Assembly: GCA_009103225.1 (NCBI GenBank)
Contig: RHPI01002998.1
Coordinates: 62,001-126,000, forward strand
Reading direction: 5' to 3'
Source: Chlorokybus atmophyticus
Taxonomy: Eukaryota; Plantae; Mesostigma and Chlorokybus algae
DNA length: 64,000 nt
In this document: piece after piece, positions 14,788 through 27,983 of the stretch
Layout: every line of letters begins with the position of its first letter
Position numbering within the stretch: position 1 is the stretch's first letter
Program-made: the position numbers and the translations under genes
The notes under the pieces: model-generated
Seen by the model: only the letters and a program-made list of their open reading frames with translations
Told to the model about the DNA's origin: nothing
Databases searched by the model: none

Positions 14788-17578
14788 TCATTTGAGCTTC
14801 TTGAAGCCGCAGGCCTCAAGCGCATCCTTCAAGGCGTTTAGCATCAACAGCACATTGCGTGGTGTCGCATTGAAGCCCATGAGACCAATGCGCCAGACCT
14901 GACATGCGTGTTAAAAACCAACGTCAGCATGGCTCTGCGTGGTCCATGTATTGGCAACAAACAGTGTACGCCTCAAGGATGTGTGTGTGCGCATGCGTGT
15001 ACAACATGTGTGCATGGCAGACACAACAATGCTGGCCGTGATTGCTATGCACATGATGACTGGAGCAGCATGTCATCATGCATACGTGCATGCATCACTG
15101 ACCTTTCCAGCAGTGGGGCCCAAGCCGCCAGCGATCTCCAGGCCGTACTTCTTCATGAGGTAGGCGTTGACATCACTCCAGGAGACGCCTTCGGGTACGA
15201 CCACAGTTGTGACCGTTGGCAACCGCTCTTCTGGTCTGACAAGGAGTTTCAAACCCAGTATCTGCACAACATTGTCACTGTCAGTTACAGCCTGCACGGC
15301 TCTTTTGGTCGAAACATACCGAGTGCAAGTTGATAAGGCACAAAGCTGTTGTGGGTCCCGCACACTCAAGCAAAGAAATTCACCTCAAGACCCTCCCAAA
15401 GCTGTTCAGCAAGAGTGCGATGCCGCTCCCACGCCTTGTGTAGCCCTTCCTCAGCAAGAATTGCTAGGCCTTCTCTAAGCTGGTAGATGTTTGTCACCAT
15501 GCCTGTCAAAATAATGCATGCACCTCAGACAAGCCCTTTGAATACCTTTGGATAACCGCAGAGCCTTTTGCACGAGCTATGACTCACCTGTATGATGATA
15601 TTTGCGTGGGCCTCCATCGACGCCCCAGTACTCCCCCACCAGGTTCATGTCCAAGTAATACGAGATGATGGGCGTCTTGCGTGCTGCCATCTTGGCGCGT
15701 GCTTTGTCGCTGAAAGTGATAGGAGAAGCACCTGCACAGGGCTAATGTTCACGTGCAAACACCGTTGGCACAACGCGTTGCGACCCAGGATGGGGTGCAC
15801 TGCATACCATAGGTATGACAACACTCAGGCTGGGTACCGTCATATGTGTGCGCATGACGGTCTGAGTGCACACGTACACCCAAAGACTAGGTACATATAT
15901 ATACACGCACAAAGTCATACCCAGCCTTGGTTCAGACATCAATGCATGCATGCGCACATGCGTACACATGCGCGTGTGCGTGTGTGTGTATGTGTGTGTG
16001 CATGGCGCATTGTGCACATGTGCGTCCGTGCGCGTGTGCACGGCGCTTTGCTTGCCTGGTGGCACACCAAGACACTTCTGAGAGCCCGAATAGCACACAT
16101 CAATGCCCCATTCGTCGCACTTGACCGGCACACCGCCTAGCGTGCAAACGGTGTCCAGAAATAAAAGCACATTGCGCTTGGCACACGCCGCTCCAACGCC
16201 ACTGCAGATAAGCAACTTGTTGATTGCGATCTTGCGTATTCCATTAGGCATGCTTGTTGACTCTCTGGGAACACGCGCACAAACAACTTACTCTAGAGAC
16301 TGATAGGTGCCTGTGCTGGACTCGCCATGCACCAAGAAGAGGACTTTGGCGCCTGCGTTCTTATCCAAAGCCTCCTCAATCTGTCACAGAAGTGTGTGAG
16401 TCAAATGTGGTCTAACTTGATTCAACCATTGTTGTCTTTTGTGAAGCACGATGTGCCTTGCCTGTTCTATAGAGAAGGTTGTCCCTGCAGCAGCTGTCAT
16501 TTTTCTTGCATCACCACCAAAGCGTGTGACCATCTCTGCAACGCGCTCGCCCCAGATGCCATTGATCCCCACCTGACGGCAGCATGCTAGGTAAGCAATG
16601 TTGTCAAGCAAGCCACGAGCCACACACACTACACAGTTGATAATGTTGCAAAGAGAGCTGCCTACCACCACAATGTCGCCAGGCTCAACAATGTTGGCCA
16701 CTCCTGCTTCCATGGCAGCGTGTCCTGTGCCGCTGACAGCCAGTGTAAGCTTGTTCTGCGTCTGGAAAGCATACCGCAGCCACGCTTGACACTCGTCCAT
16801 AATGGTGAAGAACTCCGGGTGCATGTGACCTGAACACCAACAACAGTGCAAGGCAGCTGTTATTTCCGTCTTCTCAAACAACAGAGCATGCACAAAGCTT
16901 CCCACCACTACTATACCTAACAATGGCAGCGTGGAAACAGCCAGCACGCGGGGATTGATGGTTGATGGGCCGGGGCCCATGAGAATCTTTGAAGGCACCT
17001 GTTGCAACACAGAGACAGTTGCAGTAGAGTTTGCACCCAAAAAGCTGATGTAACACTTCACTGCGACGCAAACAGCATTGCCTGTCAAGCAGCAGTTGAC
17101 CGTGTCTATTTCAAGGACTGTTACCATACGTGACAAACCTGAACTAGCAACCAGCACTGAAGTAGATGGCAGAATAGCAAAGTGTGGTGCGGCTGGCCAA
17201 AAATTAAACGTTTCATATGCAGTGTGTAGTACGCTGTGGCACAGGCAATGGCTTGCATGCATGCATTGGAACGTCCAAACAGGCGTCAACCCTGGCAGCA
17301 ACAACCTAGACATGCCCATGTTCATATAAAGAACAAAAGCTGCGTCTAGTTGACTCACATTGCCTCTGTTGATTTGCTATTTCAGGGCGTAGACCAGTCA
17401 GCAGCAGGCTCAAAGCACAAGCTGCGCAATGCAAGAGTCCGACCACAACCTCGCAGCACCCAAGACGCTTGCCCCTTTCTGCACACACCTGCAAAGGTGC
17501 CGTAGACAGCTGCGGCTTGCCATACTTGAGCTCTCCTTTGGCCTCCGCTGCCTCCAGCTCTGTAGCCGCCGACGCCAT
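14788..17578 (-). CDS. AGXT: Alanine/serine-glyoxylate aminotransferase (class V PLP enzyme, AGXT type)
   Basis: [62 protein letters not shown] (PLP lysine), [41 protein letters not shown]; TGA at 14788. Confidence 0.95.
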
Positions 17579-17858
17579 GGCTGACGCCGCCGCCGACGTG
17601 GCCAACGCCCGTTCTGTTGTGCTTATCCGCCGTTTGGGCGTTCCGCGTGCTTATCACACAAGGGATCAGCACGGATCACAGGCGGATCAGCGAGTTCAGT
17701 GCCCACGCCTTTACGCCAAGAGTCCTTCCCTGAACCATTCAAGGTTCATTGATCGCTTGTAACAAACTGATCCGAGAACGAGTCAGCATGTGCGTCAGCT
17801 TGTTGCTGGCATTGGCAGCGACGGCATAGTTGGCGGCATAGGCGGGCCGCTGGCTGCG

Positions 17859-20376
17859 ATGCCCGGGGCAAAGCTAGCTGCATTTGTGGGGTCTGCCTGC
17901 AGAAGCACGTCTACTGCTGCTGCTGCTGCTACGGCGACAAAGGTACGTTTTTGAGGGGCATGCCGATCAGTTAAGCTCAGCTAGTCTTCCACGAGACAGG
18001 CGAAGTACCCACTTGCCTTGACTGTATCTTGCTTTGGCGGATAATTAAAAGTTGAAGTGTGTGTTGTTTTGTTTCAGCATGTGGGCTTCATTGGTTTGGG
18101 CAACATGGGCGCACGCATGGCTGCCAACCTGATGAAGCACGGGCACAAGCTCACTGTCTTCGACCGGTAAGAGTTGCTCACTGTGCAGTGCACCCAGCAT
18201 TCTCTTACCCCACGCGAGAAACGTTCGTCAGCAAATCCTGCTAACCTGTCGTTAGGGTAGCATAAGGTCATTAGCAGCTTGTCAACCACTGCCATGCTCA
18301 GCTGAGCACTGCTTGCTTACGTGAGCAAGCAACTGAGTGATTCACCATCTTAATAATACCACCAACCTGTGACAATCAGCATATTGTATCTTGTAATGCA
18401 GCAATGCGGCTGCGGTGAGGGTAGCTACCGACAATGGCGCTGTGGCAGAGTCGAGCCCGCGCGCAGTGGCAGCTGCCTCCGACGTTGTCATCACAATGCT
18501 CCCATCTTCGCCTCATGTAAGATAAACACAGCAACCCACTTGCTCTACAATGCTGGTCAGTACGTGCGCATGTGTGGGATTGTGGTCAAGCAGCATGGCC
18601 TGGCTTCAGTTCAGCAATGAGCCTGTGCATGTTCGCTCAGGTTGAAGAGGTGTACTGCGGTGCTGATGGAGTTCTGAGTGGCGGTGCAGTTCGGCCCTCG
18701 CTGCTGATAGATGCATCCACCATTGACCCTGTTACAGCCAGACGCGTGGCGGAGAAGGCTGCTGGCTGCCAACTCAGAGCAGGCTCTGGTAAGCATACAA
18801 GTTGGGGTTGCACTGCCTTCATGCTGAGTTGAGTGAGCTGTGCTGACTGTTACATGCGTCCTAGGGCAGAGGGGATATCAGGTGCAAGCTCTCCCGTGAT
18901 GGTCGATGCGCCAGTCTCTGGAGGCGTGGTTGGCGCTGAGAGAGCAACACTCACGTTCATGGTGAGCAAGCAGGGGGAAGTTGCTTTGTGTCATTTACAC
19001 AAACACGCACACCTGCCTTGCGCACTGCCTGCTACTGTGTGTTGGCTAGAACAGCAAAACGTCAGGTGGTGAGTTAATGACCAGTATCAGTAGTTGTGCA
19101 GCAACTCAACACTGCTGATTACTTCGACTTCGCACGTGTCTTGTCCTGACTTGTTGTTTCACAGTTGCGATGTATTCAACCCACCTGTGCTGTTGTTGAA
19201 CAGGTTGGTGGTTCAAGTGAAGCGTTGGACGCAGCTCGTCCCCTGCTTCTGTGCATGGGTCAGCATGTTCGGCATTGCGGTGCAGTTGGCAATGGCCAGG
19301 TACGCCAGCAGCCTGAGGGGTGTTCGTTGATGCACACACAAAATGTGCCTCTAACGCCTTTGCAGACATGGGAGTTGCGTCTCATCCTTGTGAAGCTGAG
19401 CCACAATCGTAGCCGCTTGCAGGTGGCCAAGCTGTGCAATAACCTGGTGCTGGCGGTTTCGATGGCGGCTGTCTGCGAGGGTCTCTCTCTAGGACAGCGC
19501 TTAGGGGTTGACCCCAGAACGCTCACAACCATCTTCAACACATCATCAGCTCGTTGCTGGAGCAGGTGCGTAAGTCAATCAGGCGTGTCTAGTTGGGACG
19601 CAAGGGACTTGATGGGGTTGGTTTGCAACGACGTGAACCAAGACACGAATGCAGATTGTACATAGACTAACCTGTACAGAATCAATTGCTGCTTGCTTAC
19701 TGTACAGGCATGTGTCACCGGCATAGATTGGTCATCAATTTGTCCACCTGATCGAATGGGGAGAGCCTTGCTTTGCTGCTTGCTTAGTGTAGAGGCATGC
19801 ATCTCTATAACGGCCTGTTGGCATAGCACGTTGATGGATGCGTGCTGATGATTGTCTTGCATCTGCAGTGACAGCTACAACCCCTGTCCTGCTGTCATGG
19901 AAGGGGTGCCCTCCTCACGCGACTACAGTGGTGGCTTCGCATGCCATCTCATGGTATGGAATGTGATCAGTGCAGATGAGTGGCTGAGGGTACCATTTTG
20001 TGCTGTAAACTGTTTGCTGCCAGTGCCGCAAAGTGACATTGTCACTGTGCCTTGTGCGCAAGCCGTAGGTATTCTGGTTCACGTGATGTTTGCATGCGCC
20101 CTTTTCAGATGAAGGATTTGGGGCTTGCCCAAGTTGCCGGTGCTGAAGTTCAGTCGCCAGTACCTTTGGCGGAAGCGGTGACCAAGTTGTAAGTGTTCCT
20201 GCAATATGTAGTGCTTGGCGCGCAATTCGATCCATTATGCAGGCTTAAATAAGGAATCCGTAAGACATGACGGAGCTGTTGCATGGTGCAGGTATGAGCA
20301 AATGTCCACGAGTGGTGCACGTGAGAAGGACTTCTCAGGTCTGTTCAAGTACGTTTACAAGGGAGAAACGGCCTGA
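17859..20376 (+). CDS. HIBADH: 3-hydroxyisobutyrate dehydrogenase, probably mitochondrial
   Basis: [19 protein letters not shown] (Rossmann fold), [78 protein letters not shown]; TGA at 20374. ATG choice slightly uncertain. Confidence 0.95.
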
Positions 20377-20515
20377 TTACCATGTGAGTTGGCAAGGGTG
20401 TCCCCAAAAGGGTGTCACAATTACTGTAGTGTAGTGTGGTGTGTGCATCGATTGGGATAAGGCCCTTACGTACTGAGTTTGGAACAATTCAGAATGCTGA
20501 TTGCAGTGTACGATT

Positions 20516-20520
20516 TGTAA
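20516..20520 (+). promoter_or_regulatory. TGTAA chlorophyte-type polyadenylation signal of HIBADH
   Basis: TGTAA 140 nt after the stop; TGTAA is the established green-algal poly(A) signal. Assignment is by position only. Confidence 0.45.
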
Positions 20521-20596
20521 TGTCACACGCTGTTGCAACAGGCTTTCAACTGTTGTTAGCAAACTTAATTATCAGCCTGTCATGAACGTGTCGCGC

Positions 20597-20772
20597 NNNN
20601 NNNNNNNNNNNNNNNNNNNNNNNNNNNNNNNNNNNNNNNNNNNNNNNNNNNNNNNNNNNNNNNNNNNNNNNNNNNNNNNNNNNNNNNNNNNNNNNNNNNN
20701 NNNNNNNNNNNNNNNNNNNNNNNNNNNNNNNNNNNNNNNNNNNNNNNNNNNNNNNNNNNNNNNNNNNNNNNN
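20597..20772. other. Assembly gap (N run)
   Basis: Run of N. Confidence 1.
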
Positions 20773-21250
20773 GGGTGTCCTTGTCACATGATGCAATACC
20801 CATCACACAATTTGCAACTTATGAATCTCATGCATGTCATTTAGTTAAGTATGCGTTAATTTGATTGCTTCATGGGCATTAATGTTGAAGCTTATATTTT
20901 GTAGGTCACCTCAGTGCATATTGTGTAACGTTCTTCTCAAATACGCGGTTTGTACAGCAATTCTCAGCAAGCCTGCTGTAGTGCATTTTACTGTGGCATG
21001 ACGCCTAACCAAGCAAGCAACAACCTCAATAACAACAGCAACAACAACAATAACAACAAACCAGGTCAACACTAGCAACCACACTACTTATGGTATATTT
21101 ATAATCCTTTACTTTATGCACTGAGCCTGCTGGCCCTTGCCTGCCCTGCTGGCCCTGCCCCTCCCCTCCGCTCCTCACCAGCACGTAGCTAGTGCATAAG
21201 TTGGTTGACGCCCTTGCCCTTTTAATTGAGCTGCCGTTGCCCGTGTGCTC

Positions 21251-21327
21251 GCTTGTGCTTGTGCTTGTGCTTGTGCTTGTGCTTGTGCTTGTGCTTGTGC
21301 TTGTGCTTGTGCTTGTGCTTGTGCTTG
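21251..21327. repeat. (GCTTGT)n hexanucleotide microsatellite
   Basis: About 13 consecutive units. Confidence 0.9.
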
Positions 21328-21547
21328 CGTGCCCGTTGTGTCAACATCAGGAAAGACAATGCACATGATACCGTGATATGACATATTACTCACCGTTCTG
21401 AGCAATTGCACTGGTGTGTGTAACATATGTTTTGTAACAAAAACTATTCCATAATGGTTGTTTGCCTGATTGTATTGCAGTCAAATGCGTAATTCTTAAA
21501 ACGGGGGTTCGTTTATTGTACATCATCTTGTCGCTCGCAACGCGGGG

Positions 21548-21634
21548 GCTCGACTGATCCTGAGTGGTCTGAGGTGCAGGATTCAAACCTGTAGCGGCCT
21601 AGCGGCCGAGCTGTTCGATTCAGCCTGGCGAGCG
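21548..21634 (+). tRNA. tRNA-Sec: Selenocysteine tRNA (tRNA-Sec, anticodon TCA at 21583-21585)
   Basis: 87 nt colinear with eukaryotic tRNA-Sec: 9-bp acceptor GCTCGACTG/CTGGCGAGC with G discriminator, D arm CCTGAG-TGGT-CTGAGG, anticodon arm GCAGG-ATTCAAA-CCTGT, variable arm CGGCC-TAGC-GGCCG and 4-bp T stem GCTG-TTCGATT-CAGC. The variable and T stems show compensatory changes relative to the vertebrate sequence. Confidence 0.88.
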
Positions 21635-23599
21635 ACACGAGTTCAATCCACACAGGCCTCCCGGCGAATGGTTGGCACTTTTCCGTCGCGGCATCGGCCT
21701 TCATCAACCTCGTCATGAGTCTGACTCAATTACAGGTAGGGTTAACTGCCCTTTGTTGGGAATGAACCCTTACTTGGGACATCCCTTTTTCGGGCTGCAG
21801 CTGTTGGCCGGTCAAGTTATTGGGGTTGATAGCCCTCGTAAAGACCTATCCAACGAACCCATAACCTAGCCAAACGGCCAATCAGGCCAGGAGTCATGCA
21901 TTATTGGAAATGAATGTTTTTGCATGGAAACGGGGTAAGATTGCCCCAAAGTTTGTAGTATCATACTTTCACATCAAGTTCAAATGCATTTTTTGTTTTC
22001 GTGCCTAGTGTGTATCACTGTTAAGTTACCTTATTTCCCAAGTTTTATTCCATTCTGCGCGAAAATGAGGTTTCATGTAGGGAAGTGCCCTAGCGTTTTC
22101 TGAGTCCCCAAGATGGGGCTCGGGCACTCGAGGGGTGACACCCCTCACACCCTCCACTTCGGTGCGCCTCATTTCACTCAATACTTATCCATAACTTGTG
22201 AGAAAAAATTTACTATGTAGCCAATATTTTGTTAACAACTATTGTTTATACATGTCCGCAAAAAACCAACAACGCCGCCGCGGAATCCTTAACACCCCCA
22301 AACAGCCCCAGGTTAGAGCAGTTGACCCTAGTCTAATCGAGAAGTGAGTCATGAACCAGAAGTGATGGTTACTGCAAGTTCCGTTTGCCCCTTGCTTCTA
22401 ACGGCAACGGCATGGTCATATATTGATTGACCGTCTCACCCTCTGTCAGTCATGCACGCGCTCGTCACCATAGACGCGGCACGCTACACGGCAACACAGT
22501 ACAACAGTGTAACGCCAGCCGGCGTTGCAGTTTACTGACCGCAGGTGATAACTTGCTACCGCTGGATCAAAGATGTACGCGCCCTTGTTTTGAAGTTACT
22601 CAAATATAAGCAAATAAAGGCACAAAATGAGCACCGTGTGCATGGCATTTAAGGGACCATAACAAGCGGTGCGGCTGATTGGGCGGGCCGGCATTAGGGC
22701 ACACGCAAACCTCACCCCCAAGGGCATCGCATGCGGCACCCGCGACTGCCGGGCTGCGCGGCCCGCATGCTGCTCATTGGCTAGGCGGCATTTATCATCT
22801 ATCAGCCGTTCGATCTGTAAGATATAGATCTCAACCGTCCAAAGCACATCCCCATTTTATGCAACTGCTCAAAATATATGCAAATGAATGTCAATAATGA
22901 GCACAATGTGCACGATGCACATGCCGGCATATTGATGCATGTGGCCCATATGATTTGAGATGTAACATTTACTTAAGGTGGCAAAACAATATCTTTGATG
23001 TGTTGCAAATTGAAGCAAATATGTTGCGATATGAAGTACAGATGGTGCAATATGGCGTGATGTGGCTAGCAACCTGCAGTTAAGCATTAGAAAACTTAAT
23101 ATGTAACGTACCGTTTACGCCACGGTACGTGCTGCGAAATTCAACAGTAATGCCGAGGTTACCACCATCACAATAATGCTAACCAAAATTACCTTAACAT
23201 TAAGATTCAACTACGGGAAAAATTGCATTATTAAGCCACCATTTGGTCACGCATGGATTTGATCAAATGGGATCGCGACGGTGACAATAGCCGTTGCTTA
23301 AAAAGGCAGCGAATTGGCCAATTATTGCAGAGGTGCACAAAAGATGCTGAAAACTATCTCGGCGGCAACTGCTCGCCGACGGCGACCCAAATTGACTAGC
23401 GATTCGGTGCAATTGCAGCTCAATTAGTGGTTAAAACGGCCGCGTTTTTTGAGGTACGAGGTCGGGACAAGCCCCATACCCCAAAGACATGCCGCCACTA
23501 CTCACCCTCGTTCTAACTGATCCACTCTACCCTTAAATGCTAATCAATTACATGCTATAGTTACCGCGTCATTAAACATGGTCAACAGCCGAACAATAT

Positions 23600-23650
<51 letters not shown>

Positions 23651-26400
23651 TACATATATATATATATACATGTTTTAATTCATAGATTTTGACCTTATGC
23701 ATGTAAATTATATACGTATACATATGTACACATAATATAAGTATTTTAATATATATATTGGAAACTATTTATACACACATCTATATATATCTAAATGCAT
23801 ATATAGTTCTGTATTATGTATGCATATGTATTACATACAAATATATATAAATATGAGTATACATCATATATATTGCATATATTTAATACAAATATTTATA
23901 TACATATAGTATATAAATACCATATATGTATATAACTGTATGCCTACTTCTGCTTGTGTAATACGTATGGATATATATGAATGTATATTTGACATATGCA
24001 CGTACATACATATACTAGAGTTGTGAGAGTTATAATAGTTAAAATGGCGTTTAAGGGGACCCCGCATATCCGAAAATCACGTATGTTAGCGTGACTAGCC
24101 ACACGTTAGTCACGATAAACGCTTTACCAAGTTAAGTTGTACTAATAGCCACGATGTGCTTAACGTGTTGATGCGGCCAACGAAGGCGCCGTGTAAAAGT
24201 GGGCCCAATAAAGCGCCTAATTGTGCGTGCGAGGTTTCTAACGCGAGGCGTTAAAATCGGTCCAAAAAGGCCCCCGTAACAATAAAAAGTCACACATTAC
24301 TGTGACCCATCACACGCGTTGCACCATGCGGTTACACGAGAAGCGTCCGATCAGTGGGCAGCGCCGAGAAACAACGCCGAGGACGAAGGAAAACCGTTAT
24401 ATTCTTGGGCGTAGAACTTGCAGTAACTATGATAATAAGGCATGACGCAAGTCAACATCCGTCATGAGGGGAGTCCCTTAAACAGGTGACAAGGACGCTA
24501 GATGTGACTAACATCTGCTCTTTACTGATGAGCAGAATATTGAGCGTCAAGTGTATGATATCGATGCAGTTACCCATTACGCCCATTATTGGCATCATGT
24601 TCTACCCATCATGCCCATCATGCTCAACTTTCCCAATTTCCGTCACATACCATGACGATACTGTTATACAAGATTTAAAATTAAAAATAATATACAAACA
24701 ACACGCCCCCAAAAAAAGTACTAATTAAATTTTCGAATTCAATATGTTTGGAGGCACAACCTCTGCATGCAAGACATTTGATACGCTCATTTCGTATAGG
24801 CAATAATTCTCATATACGAGGTCTTTAAGAGTAAGTTAGCGGAGGTAAAGTGAAAGTGCATGCCTTATTAAATGCATCGGCGTGTTGCAGACAACTGGCA
24901 ATGAATGCATACGCAATTATGAGTGAATGCAGCGTTGCGTTCATTTTGTATAAGTGCCAAAAATATGCATGTACCCTAATGTAAATATGTGTTCCATTAC
25001 ATCAACAAAGACCAATTTGCATGCATATTTCAATGTATGGCAGCGGGGATTAGGGTTAGGGTTAAAATGAGCACTATGTTTATCAAATGCATAGGGATTA
25101 CAAATACGGACATAATCATGTTTGCATTACCTTTCATGCAATTGTTATGCAATATGCAAGAGTGCTGATTCTTAATATACAGTACTTGACTATATATTTG
25201 TATCTGTATGTTAAATCTGGTATGCAAAACAACGCGTGCTTCATAATATACATTATTCGACTCGGAGTTTTACAATCTTCGCAGCCAGCCTACATGCCAA
25301 TCGCTACATAGTACACAAGCAGTTGCACTAAACTTGGTAATTGTAAACAACATGAATACAATCTCTTACTAGCATAGCATTCAAACAGTTGCTTTGCCTG
25401 AAATCAAATTCTTTTACATATTGACACACACATATATACCTATAATTGTGTATATATACACACATATACACTTATATATACATATATATATAATATGTAA
25501 GTTTATACTTATGTGTATATATATGCATATATATACACATATATATACACACACATATATATACACACCCATATACATATGTGTATATATATGTACATGC
25601 ATATGTATACATATATATATACGTTATACATAAATATATGTATATATATATTTGTGCATATATACACACACACAGATATGTGTATATATACATATATACA
25701 CACACACATAAATATATGTGTATATATATACATATACAAATATGTACACACATATACATATGTGTATATATATACATATACATATATGTAAACACACACA
25801 TATAAATATACATAGGTGTGTGTGTGTGTGTGCGCGTGCGCGTGCGCGTGCGCGTGCGTGTGTGTGTGTGTGAAGGGGGGGGGGGGGGGGGGGGGNNNNN
25901 NNNNNNNNNNNNNNNNNNNNNNNNNNNNNNNNNNNNNNNNNNNNNNNNNNNNNNNNNNNNNNNNNNNNNNNNNNNNNNNNNNNNNNNNNNNNNNNNNNNN
26001 NNNNNNNNNNNNNNNNNNNNNNNNNNNNNNNNNNNNNNNNNNNNNNNNNNNNNNNNNNNNNNNNNNNNNNNNNNNNNNNNNNNNNNNNNNNNNNNNNNNN
26101 NNNNNNNNNNNNNNNNNNNNNNNNNNNNNNNNNNNNNNNNNNNNNNNNNNNNNNNNNNNNNNNNNNNNNNNNNNNNNNNNNNNNNNNNNNNNNNNNNNNN
26201 NNNNNNNNNNNNNNNNNNNNNNNNNNNNNNNNNNNNNNNNNNNNNNNNNNNNNNNNNNNNNNNNNNNNNNNNNNNNNNNNNNNNNNNNNNNTTTTTTTTT
26301 TTTTTACACTTGGCATACTGTTTGCAACATTTTCATCAGTAATGATTATGGCATCAATATATACATTTCATAAAAATAATAAACATATACATGCGCATGC
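23600..26400. repeat. AT-rich low-complexity block with cryptic (TA)/(CA)/(TG) simple repeats; includes N gap 25896-26291
   Basis: Mixed TATACACACATAT tracts at ~23610-24010 and ~25400-25870; the ORFs here are Y/I/C/M/V/H repeat translations. Confidence 0.8.
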
Positions 26401-27983
26401 CGGTTATGTTGTTTTATATGATAGCAAAATGTTGCAAACCTTACATCTCTCTCTCTTGCTTCCTCTCTCTCTGTCTCTCTCTCTCTCTCATGTGTGTTTG
26501 CGTGCGCGCATCTGTGTATCACATGTTGTAGCATCAATTGCGTGCACGGGGTCCTAATCAATTTACATACACTCACTCAATGTATGTGACAAATTGACTA
26601 AACGGCGCATTTAAAGGTAAATGTTTGCTGCCTCCAAACATGTTGTGCGCATATATGCACGTGTGTGTGCGTGATAACCACTGCGTATGGCGGCATGTAG
26701 ACGTTTAAGGGTGTGTGTGGATGTATGTATAAGCGAGTGGTCGAACGTGGTGTCGGTGTGTTTGGCCTCTTGAAAAAGGCTCACAGAAATTGGCATAGGC
26801 TGCGGTGTGTAAATAACCCACGGTATTCTTTAGTAAAAGGCGAAAGAATAGTACGCCAGATGAGTTAGCTACGCAGCGAGTGCCGGATATCGAGGTTGCT
26901 GTCTGCATATGTACGCCTGTTGCATGCTAGCGTGTCGCGGGTTGACCACTGGCGTATGAACAGCGTCGTGTGAGCCGTCCGTTGGGCGACTATCTCGCAT
27001 CGACGGCGCACGCACGTCTCTGCCCAGACAATGGCAGACGTATGTTCAGCCACACGATTTGGAGTATAGTACAGCTAACAGTATGCACTTTAGGTGTAAG
27101 GTTGGTTAGTTTGGCCCGTACTCTAGTTGACGATTTAGTTAGTTAGTTTAGGCCTTGTTGTAGGTTTGCTTGGGGTCACTTTCCCTGCTGTATTGCAACC
27201 CTACAACGGGTCACACAGTGACTCACACTGTCTGCGACGGACTGTATGGGACAATTTTCAGGTTAGATGAATGGTCATTGCCATGGAGTGCGCTGCACAC
27301 GGTGCAGCACACCTCGTTTGGCTCGAGATTTGCCAGGCGTTGCCAGTGTGTGACACTGTGTTTCTGCCAAAAACGTCAAAACAATCCCAAAACCCTAGAA
27401 AACCCACAACCGGAAATTGTGAACGGAGCGCGATTGGGCCTCGAGCGCCCCGCTTAGCGGTTAAGAGCGATCGGAGGAACGGGGGGCAACCGCGAAGCCA
27501 ACAGTAGCGAAAGTACCCATGTGCGTTTCAAGTGCTGTCTAGTCTGGTGGCTACCGATGACGTTATTACGTTGCTTGAAGCCGATCTGGATGTTTGGATT
27601 CTGGCGTTTTGGCTTCTGCTGTGGAGCGGTGGGGTTGCTGGGCAGGGCGGCGGCGGCGGCGGGGGCGGTGTCGTTTTGGATTCTGCGTCGTCGTGGTCAC
27701 AATGCGGAGCCTGTTCTGTGCTGTATGCGGGAAGTGCATGCTGTAGTAGCGGAGTGATTACTGACGAGGATTGGAGGTGTAGCAGTTGCCATAGGTGTGA
27801 CGGCCGCACGGCCTGGCCAGGGATTGTGCAACACACAGTGGTAGAGAGTGCAGGCCACTGTACTTCTGGTAGCAGCTAAGGTATATGAGTATAGGTCTCC
27901 TACAAGTAACGATTTGTGCATGGGGTGCGGAGTGAGCTAAGCTGAGCTGAGCTGACCTGACCTCTCCTTCCAGGCTTCCAGCA

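Noticed and set aside
25050-25064. TTAGGG x2.5 telomere-like motif
   Set aside because: Too short to distinguish from chance or a telo-box.
27697-27800. Cys-rich CGAC..WRCSSC stretch resembling a PHD finger
   Set aside because: Cys/His spacing does not fit, and it lies upstream of the Par3-like start, probably in a 5' UTR exon.
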